DNA of 64,000 nt, taken from Felis catus (lineage: Eukaryota). The position numbers and the translations under genes were made by a program. Every line of letters begins with the position of its first letter. Within the stretch, counting starts at the first letter, position 1. Below are positions 1 through 12,469 of the stretch, piece after piece. A model generated the notes under the pieces. That model had not been told where the DNA came from, did not search any database, and saw nothing but the letters and a program-made list of their open reading frames with translations. Location: NCBI RefSeq assembly GCF_018350175.1, contig NC_058368.1:115074001-115138000 (forward strand), written 5' to 3'.

Positions 1-108
1 CTCAGTGCTGATGGTACAGAACCTGCTTGGGATTCTCTCTCTCCGCCTCTCCCCTGTCTGTGGGTATGCAAATGTTCTCTCAAAAAAAAATAAACTTTAA
101 AAAAAAAA
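1..108 (+). mobile_element. CAN-SINE 3' part (cut by window edge)
   Basis: cctgcttgggattctctct...CT tract, AATAAA, A tail. Confidence 0.85.
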
Positions 109-1024
109 GGGAATGCAAGCTGGTGCAGCCACTCTGGAAAAGTACAGAAGTACCTCAAAAAACTAAAAATAGAACTACCCTACGACCCAGCAATTGCACT
201 ACTAGGCATTTATCCACAGGATACAGGTGTGCTGTTTTGAAGGGACACATGCACCCCCATGTTTATAGCAGCACTATCCACAATAGCCAAAGTATGGAAA
301 GAGCCCAAATGTCCATCGATGGATGAATGGATAAAGAAGATGTCCTATATATATACAATGGAGTATTACTCGGCCATCAAAAGGAATGAAATCTTGCCAT
401 TTGCAACTACGTGGATGGAGCTGAAGGGTATTATGCTAAGTGAAATTAGAGAAAGACAACAATCATATGACTTCACTCATATGAGGACTTTAAGAGACAA
501 AACAGATGAACATAAGGAAAGGGAAGCAAAAATAATATAAAAACAAAGAGGGGGACAAAAACATAAAGAGACTCTTAAATATGGAGAACAAACTGAGGGT
601 TACAGGACGGGTTGTGGGAGGGGAGAGGGGCTAAATGGGCAAGGGGCACTAAGGAATCTACTCCTGAAATCACTGTTGCACTATATGCTAACTAATTTGG
701 ATGTAAATTTTTTTAATTTTTTTTTTTTTTAACATTTATTCATTTTTGAGAGAGACAGAGACAGAGTGCAAGCAGGGGAGGAGCAGACAGAGGAAGACAC
801 AGAATCTAAAGCAGGCTCCAGGCTCCGAGCTGTCAGCACAGAGCCCGATGCGGGGCTCGAACTCACAAACAGTGAGATCACGACCTGAGCTGAAGTCGGA
901 TGCTCAACCGACTGAGCCACCCAGGCACCCCAATTTGGATGTAAATTTAAAAAAATAAAGAAAATTAAAAAAAAAAGAAAAATAAAAAAAAATTTAAGTG
1001 TGATTAATTTATTAAAAAAAAAAA
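109..1024 (+). mobile_element. 5'-truncated felid L1 (ORF2 C-terminus + 3'UTR), interrupted by a SINE
   Basis: ORF 259-540 MFIAALSTIAKVWKEPKCPSMDEWIKKM is the L1 ORF2 C-terminus; 3'UTR; A-rich tail 949-1024. Confidence 0.93.
711..931 (-). mobile_element. CAN-SINE nested at the L1 3' end
   Basis: Full SINE with perfect 17-bp TSD aatttggatgtaaattt (694-710, 932-948). Confidence 0.95.
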
Positions 1025-1029
1025 GACTG

Positions 1030-1680
1030 AGTTTATGCATAAAAGCAATGTTATGTCCTTCTCAGTGCATCTTATCAGGGGTGTGTGATATCAGGCAGGC
1101 CCACATGATGGGCAGTGTTCACTTTGATTACTGATCACGGTGGTGTCTGCCAGATTTCTCCATTATAAAGATGCTATTTGTCTCTTTGAAATTAATAAAT
1201 ATTCTGTGGGGAGACACTTTTTGAGACATAAAGATACCCTGTTCCTCATCAAACTTTCACCCACTAGTTCTGGCATTCATTGATATTCCTTCCTTAAAAT
1301 TATTATTACTATGATGTTTCTCAAATGATGATATTCAAACTCTATCACTGCTTCTACCCATATGTGTTGTCACCCTATGTGAAAGAAGAGGCTTTCCTAC
1401 TTTCTCACTTATTCATTCATTTCTCTCAGTATGGCTTCATGAATTCTTAATTCATCTATGGGTTATAATCCATTTCTATAATTATTTATTTAGATGCTCA
1501 AATTACCTGTGATTTAATCACCAGAGTCTTTTCATACTGGGTTCTGTGTCTTTTTGACTTATTTCCATCATTCTCTAAGCACTTCCTTACTTTCTGGCCC
1601 AAGATGTTCTTGCCCAAGATATTTTACTTTTGCTCTACCAACTGTGGAATGTGCCACTTCACCAAGGAGCACTGGGGCAC
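1030..1680 (-). mobile_element. Old L1MC-type 3' fragment
   Basis: tgtccttctcagtgcatc...ggtggtgtctgccagatttctcca resembles recalled L1MC 3'UTR. Confidence 0.7.
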
Positions 1681-2459
1681 TTTGTGAAAATTTCTAACAG
1701 ATTCTAACCCTTACACTACACATACTGAATCACAACTTTAAAAAATAGAGCTCAAAAACCTAATTTTTCACAAATGTTCCACCCGATCCTTACCAGTAAG
1801 TCTGGCATTGAGGTGAGGACCAGCATTTGGGATAACTAGACCCAATCACCAAGCTTTTACCTGGTGTAGCACCTGTTGTAAGTGGCTGCCTGGTATTTGA
1901 AGACTACAAGCAGTGGGAGGGTCCCCATCAAACAAGGCAAGTCTGGTCCCAAGTCTGCCCTCTCAACATAGAGAGGGTCACCTGACTCTGTCCTGAAAGG
2001 TCACCCCTTCTGAAGCTTCAGAGCAGCCAACTTCCCAGAGAAAGCTCCCCTCACAACCTGGCAAACCCACTACAGGGCTCCCACGTGGCCACCCCCTCCA
2101 GAGTCCAGGGGGCTCAGCTGCCTCTGCCCCAGGATCATTCTGCAACTAATGCCTCAGACCACATGTAATTTTTTGGCAGTAGTGTCACAGACCTGACTCA
2201 CAGTGAGCCTGCTTTGATCCAGTCCCTGATGTCCACATGAGGAGCCGAGGGTTCCCCAACATAGCCCTAAACCTTAGTAGAGAAGGCAAAAAGCAAGTTA
2301 CATCATATATTTGTCTCTGGGTGGTAGGATTTTTTAAAAAAACAAATACGGGTTTTTATAAAACTAAAAATTCAATAACAAGATTTAAAATGTCTCTTTG
2401 CTACCCAAGCCGTTCATCCTAGCATGTCACTTACTTTGGGATCCTCATTCTGTCATTAG

Positions 2460-4300
2460 CCCTGTGTTCATTAGCCCTTCCTAATCTGTGTCATCTGCCC
2501 CCACTGTCCTCATATAAGAATCTCAATGCAGGTTGGACAGGACAGAATTTGACAAGAGATCTTTGGCACATCAATACAATGAAGACTCTGTTGCTGACAA
2601 AGAACCATTTGTAAGCAAACATCTTATTAGGCGTGATTGTTCAAGTAGCTTCAAATCCACATATCTTTATCATCATTTCTCTACCTATTAGATTATCATG
2701 AGATTCTGCTAAATGTTTTCCTGAAATGCAGAGTCCCTGTGTCTACAGCAATGGTCTAAACTCCCAGGATAGCAAATCTTTCTGAAAAAGAAAGTTTGAA
2801 CTGGGAGGGAGCATGACAGACTCTTCTGGGTGCTGGTAAAGTTCTGTTGCTTGACCTGGTGGTGGTAACATGTGTGTGTTCACTCTTAATAGGTCACCAA
2901 GTGGTTTACATAAGGCTCACGTGCTTTTGTGCAGAAGGAAAGAAGGGAGAGAGGCAAAGAAGGAGCAAGGTGCAGGTGGCAGTGGGGATGAAGCATTCAA
3001 CTAGTCTGTTTTTACAGAACCCACTCTTGCTCCAAGAGATCACCTCTTCTCTTTAGAAATGCCCATAAATCCCATCTCAAAAACTTGCTGTTATCTTGAA
3101 AGCCCAAACAGTCACCCATCCTGTCTCTGTCCCTCTCTCAACCCCTACAATGCCACAGAGATTCATACACACACACAGGTCTCATAATGATCTCCCTAAG
3201 TTTTCATTTGATTTTGCAGACCCTAACTCATTTAGAGAAGCCAGCAACTCTTTCCCTCCTTCTTCACACTCTTGGGCTCAAGTTCCTCTTGACGACTTTT
3301 GACTCTTTCTGGCAGGAAGACCATTCTCCTTAAAAGAGAAGTCAGAGGTGGAACAGAACTACAAGGGAGGCTGGGAATGCCCTGTATGTCATCTGCTGCA
3401 TTGAGTTATCTGCCGAAGCAGGGGGCTGACACCATCACTCTCACTGTGAACACTAATGGCTTGGGCAGGTTCCTCTGTTCTTGGCACCCCGGGTCTCACC
3501 CCCCTGGTATTCCTGACAGTGTGGTCAGAGCTTTACACCCTTCACTGTTTGTTCACACTTTTTCATCCCTTATACAAAAGCTCTACTCTAACTGCTCCTT
3601 CGTGTACCATGTTGCGGCTCCTCTGTTGTTCCCTGCAATAATCACCTGGGACTACATTGAGCACATTTCATTTCTCAGACTGACTCATCCTCCCTTTCGA
3701 AACTCGTGCCTTAACATCCTAACTACTTTTCCCTGGGCCTTCTACAAACTGCTTTCCTCCAAACCCAGAGAGTTGTGCATTTCCCTAGGCTTCTCCAAAC
3801 ATGGTCACTTTCTGCTAAGGACTCCAACACTTTCACTTCACTGGACATATCCTTTTTGTTGCTCAGAATTTCAATGAGAGGCACTCAGTAGGTTAAGCGT
3901 CTGACTCTTGATCTTGGCTCAGATCATCATCTCACAGCTTGTGACATCGAGCCCCGTGTCAGGCTCCACGCTGATAGCTCCATGCTTGGGATTCTCTCTC
4001 CCTCCTTCTCTCTCTTCCCCTTTCCCACTGACACTCTCTCAAAATACATAAATTAAAAGAAAAAAAAAAAATATATATATATAATTTCAGTGAGGTCCTT
4101 TTCCTTATGGTTCCCTTTACCATCTGAGAGATGAGATGGTCAGAAAAGGGAGTTAAGAATTAAAGCACATCAAGTACTTATCAGAATCTTGGTTTCCACT
4201 CAAGGAGATTTCCAGCTACTCAGATGCATGAAGATCCACAGTGTCACATCAGCTTGCTTCGGCACCAGTTTTATAATCTCAATTCAGAAAGCCTCTTGTA
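2460..4300 (-). mobile_element. L3/CR1 LINE fossil (EN and RT remnants), interrupted by an L1 3'UTR piece (~2800-2930) and a SINE
   Basis: Minus-strand translation near 2700-2790 AVDTGTLHFRKTFSRISH resembles CR1 RT VDxxYLDFxKAFDxVSH; near 4090-4160 FLTPFSDHLISQMVKGTIR resembles CR1 EN FLxxLxDNFIxQxVxxxTR. Confidence 0.65.
3878..4082 (+). mobile_element. CAN-SINE
   Basis: SINE body; TSD aatttca(a/g)tgag. Confidence 0.88.
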
Positions 4301-4414
4301 CACTGAGGGTAATAGCTGATATCTTATCCCATGATTAGTGTGCATGTTCTTTGGTTAGCTAAGGGCCAATGATATACTTTCATTTCACCAAAAGCCCAAA
4401 CTCAGTGAGCCAAC

Positions 4415-4650
4415 TACTGAATAAAAGCAGCTTTGGCATCAGAGAGAACTGGTTCAAGTCCTACTTCCAGTGCTTTCAAGTTGTGTGACTCGAACACATT
4501 ACTTAAAACCTCTTCAGACTTTAGTTTCTGTATCTGTAAATAGGGATTAGTATTATTTATCCCTTGGGGATTGCTGTGGAGATGAAATATGGTAATATAT
4601 AAGGAGATGAGCACAATTCCTGGCAAATACCAAGCATTCAATTAATAGTT
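4415..4650 (+). mobile_element. MIR
   Basis: MIR core agtttctgtatctgtaaataggg...gagatgaaat. Confidence 0.75.
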
Positions 4651-5502
4651 GTTTTTTAATAATGTGTTATACTCTTGAATGAAAATTACTATTTGTACTT
4701 TTCTGCTAAGAAGGAGTGCCTGGGTTTTCGTGCTTCTCAAAAGTAGGAGGGGTTACCTGTGGTTGGAAACAAAGTCCCACCACCTCCCACTGAGTGGCCC
4801 CAGACTGTCATTCTCAGCTTCTCTGGCTAGAGGGGCAAAGCCAGAGCAGAAAGAATTCATGGGGGAGAAAGGTAATTAACAAGCTAGAGGAAGAGATTGG
4901 GAGGAAGGATCAAAGAAGCTAATTAGAGCTGGCTAAAGGGAGGCCACAGGGTGGGGAACATGCAAGAGAGAGAGCTAAAGAGAAATTATCTGTGGCCTAT
5001 AATTATTCAACAAATGCCTCCCAGTAATTGTCTAGGCAGTCTGAGGGAGGCAAGGTAGGAGTAACAAGGTTAAGCAGAAGAAAATTTAGGCTAAAGCATA
5101 TGGGAGATTTTTTTACTCAGTGAGATTTATCAAGTTTATTAGAGAACACAGAGAGTATGTCACTTGAGGTCATCTATACCAGCTGGTGGTATAACTATCT
5201 CTATTCCCCGAGGTGCTGGGGGGACCAGAGCAAGCAAGATCCACAGGGTAAGAGAGCTACCAGGGAAATTGCCTAGCCAATCCTCGTGCAGGCAATACAC
5301 CTTCTCAATAGGCCCTCTGAGGCTCAGGAAGGAACTTCCTTACTCACTCAGGTCTTGCTCTCCAGGGCTCAGGGGTATGTGCTGGGTAATCACTCACCTT
5401 TCCCTCCAACCTCCTCCTCTCCTTAATCAGAGCCAATGGAATCAAGCGGGGCCTATTTTGCTCTTGCCACAAACTGCAAAAATGTTTGTGAATGAGCCAT
5501 TC

Positions 5503-5551
5503 TTTTTTTTTTTTTTTTTTTGCAGTTTTATTGAGGAATAATTGACATACA
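5503..5551 (-). mobile_element. Ultra-short L1 3' terminus with poly(A)
   Basis: T19 + ttttattgaggaataattgacatac; flanked by gagccattctt / gagccatctctt. Confidence 0.6.
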
Positions 5552-6057
5552 GAGCCATCTCTTAATAGCAAAAGAAAAGGCAACAATCGTGGGATGGTCT
5601 ATAGCTGAAAATGACAACACTGAAATGCTTCGTTTACAGGATTTGGAAGTCATATATACTACAAATGTCTCTGCTGTGCAACATACATAACAAGTCCCCA
5701 AAATATCCTTTGTTTGCTGAGGTTCTGCTCAGATATTTAAGGTTTCTGACAGTTTAAATATGGTGAACAATATGGTAAACCATTCGAATATTTTGCATCA
5801 TTGGTATTTTGAAAGATTTTTATGGACAATTAATTATAGTTCTGAGAGGCAAGTTTTCCATGGGGGTGGATCAAGAGGGCTTCTTGGGCCAGATCCGTTT
5901 CCTGTGGCTCATTCCCAGGCCCCGGCGAGCATGGGTTTCCTGCCCCTAGCCACTTCTGTCACAATGTCACAGAAGAGAAAACTGGGTGGAGTGGGTGGGT
6001 CTGCTGACTCCCACGAGGGTCAGGCTCAGGACTTCAGGTCAAGAAGGACACAGAGCA

Positions 6058-6252
6058 GGGGCACCTGGGTGGCTCAGTTGGTTAAGTGTCCAACTCTTGA
6101 TTTCAGCTCAGGTCATGATTTCACAGTTCGTGGTTTTGAGCCCTACCTGGGGTTCTGAGCTGGCAGTGTGAAGCCTGCTCGGGTTTCTCTCTCTCTCTCT
6201 GCCCCACTCACCTCTTGTGCTCTCTTTTTTCAAAAAAGAACAAACAGAAAAA
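6058..6252 (+). mobile_element. CAN-SINE
   Basis: ggggcacctgggtggctcagttggttaag head, CT tract, A-rich tail. Confidence 0.9.
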
Positions 6253-7782
6253 GGATGGCATAGAGCTTCCCCTGATGTAGGAACAAAACTGGGAGGCCTG
6301 ACCTTGCTAGAGGCCCTTAGTCCTGAGTCACCAGGCACTGGAATGGGGGTCTAAAAGGAAAGCAAACATTTCCCACTTTGTGAAGAAATTTAAGAACTGG
6401 AGAAATACTCCAGTTACTCTCAGCTTCTGGAGACAGAATGATGGATGGTTTCCTTTGTGAGCATGCTATTTGTCTGAGTGAGGCTCTTTGTCAACAGTTG
6501 GTCGACAAATCCTGATTGGGCCCAGAGTGCACAGGGTCCTCAGCTATGCATCTTGGGGGCAGAGCAAAGAATGAAAATAGTTCTTGCCCCTATTAGACAA
6601 AATTAACAGCTAACAGAGACATGCAGAGAGGCACTTTATTAGACAAGTCACTGCGCAAAAGAGGCCAATACCAGGCGTAATGTGAAAAATGGAGGGTTTG
6701 ACCAGGAAGGTGCCCTGGAAGAATGAAATTAGTAAGATCAAAAGTCATTAAGACAGGAGAAAAAAGGCTGAAAGTCTGTATGCATTACCCAAATGCATTC
6801 AGGTAAAAGTCTTTCCTCTCCCTCAAAGAAAATGTTAAGAATCACCTTCCACAGACCCTTTAAACTCTTCTTCTAATAAATCGTTAAAAGGCCTTCTGCT
6901 GGAACCATTCTAATGCCAACAAAAAGTTACAGTCATAAAATAGTTAATGTCAAAACGTAAATGGTTTGTTTAAGATACAGCAATTGTTGCTGAATCAAAT
7001 ACACAATCTCCATGGCTTGAATAGCAAGGGAAACAAAAGGCTTGACGATTTAGTGCTCGTTAAAGCCTGTCTGGCTGAATTTTAGATTGCAGCTTAAAAG
7101 AAAAAACATTAAACCAGTTCAAGTGTGAACCGACATATGCACAGCAGTTTTCAGCTGCCTGCAAACGGGGCAAGGACACAGGCTGGAATGTGACCCGCAC
7201 ACACTAAGGCTGAGGGTGGGCGTGGTCCCATATCTAAAGTAGTGGGGGCGGGGGTTGCTGGGGTAGAGCCTGAGGTGAGAACCCCCAGCACTGGGACCAG
7301 GAGCGGAGCCACAGGCTCCCACCAGGCTTGAATTCAGCATGGTGGAAAGGGCCAGCCCCAGCTGGCTCTTTCCTGCAGGAAGCCTAAGGTGCTGAGGGTA
7401 GTTAAATTCTAGACAAGGGCTGGCTTCTGCCTACGACAGGTAGAAAAGCAAAAGCTTTTTGGCACTCCTTCCCTTTTGCTGGCCTTCCTTCTCAGACACT
7501 TCCATGAAGCCACAGTAGGAATTCCACTCTGCTAAATCTGCGACCAACCTGGTGACCTTCACAGGCCTCAAGTCTGGTCTTAGAGTTCTTTGTGCTAAGT
7601 GTGGGGTGCTGTGCAGAACCTCTGTCTAAATCCTCTTGCTCTCTGGGTTATAAATTTTATAAAGGGCTTCAAATTTTACCACATGGGATTTATTTCTTTG
7701 AGTCTTAAAGATAATTCTGTCTTTCAGGGTCCTCTATTAAAATGCTACTGCCCCTGGGTTGGGAGAACCAGTCATGTGTAAG

Positions 7783-7894
7783 CAGAGTGACCACATAATT
7801 TACTGTGCAAACTAGGACACTTTCTGGAGTGAAAGGAGGCACTATTAATTACTGCAATGGAACAAGAGGCATGAATGCAACATATGGCCACCCT
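7783..7894. mobile_element. MER94-like hAT-Blackjack MITE
   Basis: Terminal inverted repeats agagtgaccacat...atatggccaccct; internal ggacacttt..gagtgaaagg. Confidence 0.7.
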
Positions 7895-8089
7895 CTGTCT
7901 AAGGCTTTGTGTTAAGTTCTATGGAAGACACAGAGGTACATAAAGAACATGCACAGGCCTGGACTCTGGATACTGAGCTGAGGGGCCAAGGATCCTGGGA
8001 ACGGGCCAAGGCTAGGCACCCATGGGAGGGGGACAATGGCATCCCAGAGGGAAACATCAGGATAGGGTCCAAAGAGACACAGTGGTAAA

Positions 8090-8260
8090 GACCATGGGTA
8101 CTGGAGACCAACTGACCTAATTAACCTGTCTTTGCCCAAGCCTCTTCATCTGTAAAGTGAGGATTATTTCCTAAGATTGTTGGGAGGATTAAATGAAATA
8201 TAAAATGGAACAGTTCCTGGCCCATTACATTCAATAGGTTCAATAACATTAACATTATTA
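8090..8260 (+). mobile_element. MIR
   Basis: ttcatctgtaaagtgagg...gattgttgggaggattaaatga. Confidence 0.7.
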
Positions 8261-8749
8261 GGACCAGCCTTCTACTTAAAACCTCTGCTACTTCTATCAG
8301 TGCCCCAGTCAGATGGTAGAGGAGAGGCAGGAAGAGAGGAAAACACTCCTAAGGCAGATTTAGCTTCTCCTCCCTCCAAACTAAGCTGGGAATGGCCATG
8401 GCAGGGCTGACGCTGCGGGGCCTCCACTCCATCAGCTCCCAAGGGGGACCTGAGGTGATGTGGGCTGCTCTCCTGGTCTTCAGCTTCTCACACTGACCCA
8501 GGCCATCAGCTGCAGCCTCATCTTCCGCTCCTGGAGGCAAATTCCATCCAGTGGCTTGCAACGCACCAGTTCCACCAGGGCAGACAACAGAGATAAGTGC
8601 TTTTCGAAAGTGATGGAACCCTGTCCTAATGGCCAGGGATGCTGTCTGTCTGGTGTGTGGTAGGACATTCTCCTCAGCCTCCTGTGGTAACAAATGCACA
8701 ACTAAGGGCAGCCCCTCACAGTCCAAAGGAGAATGGATTCTAGAGAGCC

Positions 8750-8930
8750 ATCATTTAATAGTCCTCCAGTATTTCGCAAATGTTGAGTCACATAATCCTC
8801 ATGACAACTCTAGGAGGCAGATAACATTTTTACCCCCATTTTACTGATCAATAAACTAAGTCACAGAAAGTTAAGTACTTTTTCCCAAGGTCACATAGTG
8901 ATGTAGTAAGTGGCAGCATTGTCAAAGCTC
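8750..8930 (-). mobile_element. MIR
   Basis: ccccattttactgat..aaactaag...cccaaggtcacatag. Confidence 0.7.
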
Positions 8931-9249
8931 AAAAACAGGACCTAAGAGACCTGGATTCAACTGAGGAAACAACACAAACTACTAGTCAAGAAGGAGGTCT
9001 TCACTCATCTGAGCTTAAATTAAGAAGCTCTGCTACTTAACCAAAGAATCTGCTGTATCAAATGACTTAGGGCAGTGAAATCACTGCAAAAGTGTTTAAA
9101 TATCATGATGCCACTGCCAACAGCTGTCATCATCTAATTTTGGAGAGCTGGGCCCAGTATGGAGAAAAGGGAACTTGGTCTCCGCATATTCTCCCCTCTC
9201 TAGGGCCTTTGACACTGTGGCTCAAGGTAAAGGAGGAATTACACCAAAA

Positions 9250-9447
9250 CAGTGGTTTTCAAACCGTGATGTCTGGACCAGCAGTACCAGCATCAGCTGG
9301 GAACTAACATGCAATAAAAATTCTCAGGCCCCAACCAGACTTACCGAATCAGAAGCTTTAGGGGAGGGGCCTGGCAATCTCTATTTTAACAGATCTTGGT
9401 TAAATCCTGTTGCTTCTCATGCATGCTTAAGTTTGAGAACTGCCAGG
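9250..9447. mobile_element. MER5-type hAT-Charlie DNA transposon
   Basis: cagtggttttcaaa...ttctcaggccccaaccagac..gaatcagaa...aagtttgagaac. Confidence 0.8.
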
Positions 9448-12400
9448 CTAGTCTCTGGACAGATGACAGGGCTGGGCTCTCTGTAGCCTGGGCCAGGAAA
9501 GGTCTGCTTGAGGGGTCTGAGGCAGAGCATGGCTTTTACAAGAAGACCCAAGCCCTGAGGGCCACTGCCAAGATGAAAAGCTCCCAGTAAAACCCAGACC
9601 TACATGGCCACACTGATCAAAATACAATAAAGAAGAAAGTGAGAAATCTGACAAAAGGAAAACGCAGTTTCGGTGGGGGACAAAATACAACAATCTTCTG
9701 TGGGAGATGAGAAGCATAAAAGGGATGTTAGATGTTCAAAGAACCAAATGTCGAAACGACAAAAAAAATACAAGAATAAAGACAAAGTGTGGACATCAAT
9801 GCCACACAGGCCTCTGTCTAATGATGGCAGTAGCAGGAAACAGCAGTCCTCCCAAGACTAAAGCCTGCTCTTCCCCACCCCCAACATGACAGCCTATATA
9901 AATAGAGTCTTGAGGGAAAAAAAATATATACCAGCAATTAGTCACTGAATTCTGTTTGTTGGAATGAAGAAACGCTTGCAAAAAGTCACCAGAGGCTCTG
10001 GCGAGCAAAGCTTGGCTAGGGAGGCCATGCAGACCGAGGGCAGAAGCGAGATCATTAAGGGAGAAGGCCTGTGGGGTGTTCCTGGCAGTCTTTGATGCCT
10101 GCCAAGTCTTAACCTGGAAGGGAAAATGGAGGGCCTGGCCACAGGGCTGTAATGAGCTCCAACCTGGGCCCACATCCAGGCTGGAAGGCCTTTAATGTGG
10201 GCTTGAGCCAGAAGCAGGGTTGAAGTGGAGGTGGTGGGAGGGAAGAGGGGTCCTCAAACCCAGCATAGCAGACCCTGCCCCAGGTAGATGAGAATGTAGA
10301 ATACGGAGCCTCTGACCAAATGCCTTCACTCAAGAAAGCCTATGGGTCCTCCCCTCCTGATCCCCAGGGGTACATGCTTTGGAAAGAGTAACAGTAGAAG
10401 CCTCAGTGCTTCCATTCAAGAATCTGTTGGAAACAACCCTATGACAGGACCAAAAGTGGGCCTCCCTTTCCCAAATAAATTCCTCTACTTAAATGTGCTT
10501 GTGCTCTCTACAGCTTCTGCCTGGAGCGCCCTTTTCATTTCTGTTCCCATCTTTGTCAGGCTAGTTCCTATGTCTCCAAGTCTCACTCCAAACATTTCCT
10601 CTGAGAAACCACCTGACCTGCATCAGGTCTCTACTATGCATTCCAGAGGCCCTGTTTCTCCTTCATCACACTCAACACATTTGGTCAGTCTGTTTCCCTT
10701 GCTCAACTGTCAACTCTCTCAAGGACACAGACTGTGCCTTGATATCTGTTCACCAGTGACCTCACTTTCCATGGTCTAGCCCTAAGACCATACTTAGCTA
10801 AGCAGGAACTGCCTGACAGGCAAGGCTGGCTCAGTGCTGCTGCCCTGTTTGGACTGCCCAGTCCTGTACCTGGGTGTCTGGATGGGTAGTGCATATGATT
10901 TCCCTCCCTTTCTGAGCATCTTACCTACTCCAAGGGCTCAAATGGGGCACATTCCAACCAAATTCTAAATTTGCCTTCTCTTTCCCACCCCCTCTAGTAT
11001 GATTCCCTCAACAACTTCCTCATACAACTCCACTGCCACACATCCCCCACCTGCTTGAGAAAAAGAATATAGCAGAAGTGTTCCATGACCCCTGTGGTAC
11101 CTCTCCCAGGAGTATCTGCATTTGCCCACAAAGAGATGTATTGAAAAAACTAGAAAGTAATTCCCAATGGCATTAATACAATTTTAGGCAGCAGGAGGAG
11201 GAGGAAAAAAGAAAAAAAAAAAAAAAAGATTTGGGAGCCAGGATGCTCTACACGCTTCTTGAAATCAACCTGCCATACGTAACGCCCACCTCTGCTATGT
11301 TTAAGATCAGTCCTAACTCAATCCTAATGTTAGGCACTCCTTGACAGCCATGGTGGGATGGTAAGAGACATATCTACAGGTGGCCACTGTCATCTCTTTT
11401 CAGCCTGACCTCTCCTGGCTGTTCCCCTTGACAACAGCCCTCTGGCTAAAGACCAAAAACCCTAGGCTAGAATTTCCATCTTCTTTTCTGGACCTTTAAT
11501 ATCAACCCAACTTTCCAGACCTATGTCAGGTCAGCATAGTACCAAAGATGGCTCCTTGGCTACTCTCCTCCTCCTCTGCAGTGCTCCAGGCAACACCAAC
11601 CTTTGCTCCATCTAAAAGCCACTTGCAGTCAGCTCTGCCCCGGGGGCTCTGATAGATTGATATGCTGGGAATCCACTGAGGAGGTGGCACAGAGCCACAT
11701 AGAGGAGCACAAACAGTGGAAGAGGGCAAGGTCAAGTTGACAAATATCATACAATGAGAAAGAATTGCATGAAATGCAGTGGCATAATGTAGCATAACAG
11801 ATGGATAATTAGATTTATTCTAAGAGCTGTAAAAGTAAGTAATTAAATAAAAATATGGAACAATGAATCTGCCACAGAGAGACACCTAACAGCCTCACAA
11901 GGGACCCACAGCTGGCACAAGCAGCCTGGGAAAGAAGCAGTGGGCAAGGAACCTCTAGCACTGCCCTGATGTTGCAGACACAATAAATTCAGCACCAACT
12001 CAAGCTGGGCACAAGGGAACAGCTGATTTTGGAGGGACATCATCAGACCCGAGGCTGTGAACAGTGTTGTGCCCTGTGAGTGTGATCCCCTGTCTACATC
12101 TAGAAGATGGCCACCTGAGGTAAACTGATAAACTCCCCACCACTGGCATGTTTGGCAAGGCCCCTGCAAAGCAAGACTGACAGATTGTACTTATCTCTGC
12201 AGAAGCACAGGAAGGAAATGAAAAATGCATGCATCAAGGACAAGATTTACAGACACCAAAGAGGAAAACCGGGAGACCCAGGCTCAGGACTCCACTCTTT
12301 TCCCAAAGGTTGAGGAGATGGTGGCAGAGGATGAGGGTACACTTACCCACATAAGAAATGGGAAGTGAGCACCCAGTGTGAAGCACAGTGTTGGGCACAG

Positions 12401-12469
12401 GGTTCCACCAAGGAAGCGGCTTCCCTAGCCATGACATTAGCTGTCTGGAAGCAAATAGTCTGATCAGCT

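Noticed and set aside
3299..3877. 192-aa ORF
   Set aside because: Non-ATG start, no recognisable protein, and it overlaps a CR1 fossil and ends at a SINE.
8349..8726. 125-aa minus-strand ORF as a SIL1 exon or nested gene
   Set aside because: No resemblance to SIL1 or any protein I recognise; no convincing splice sites.
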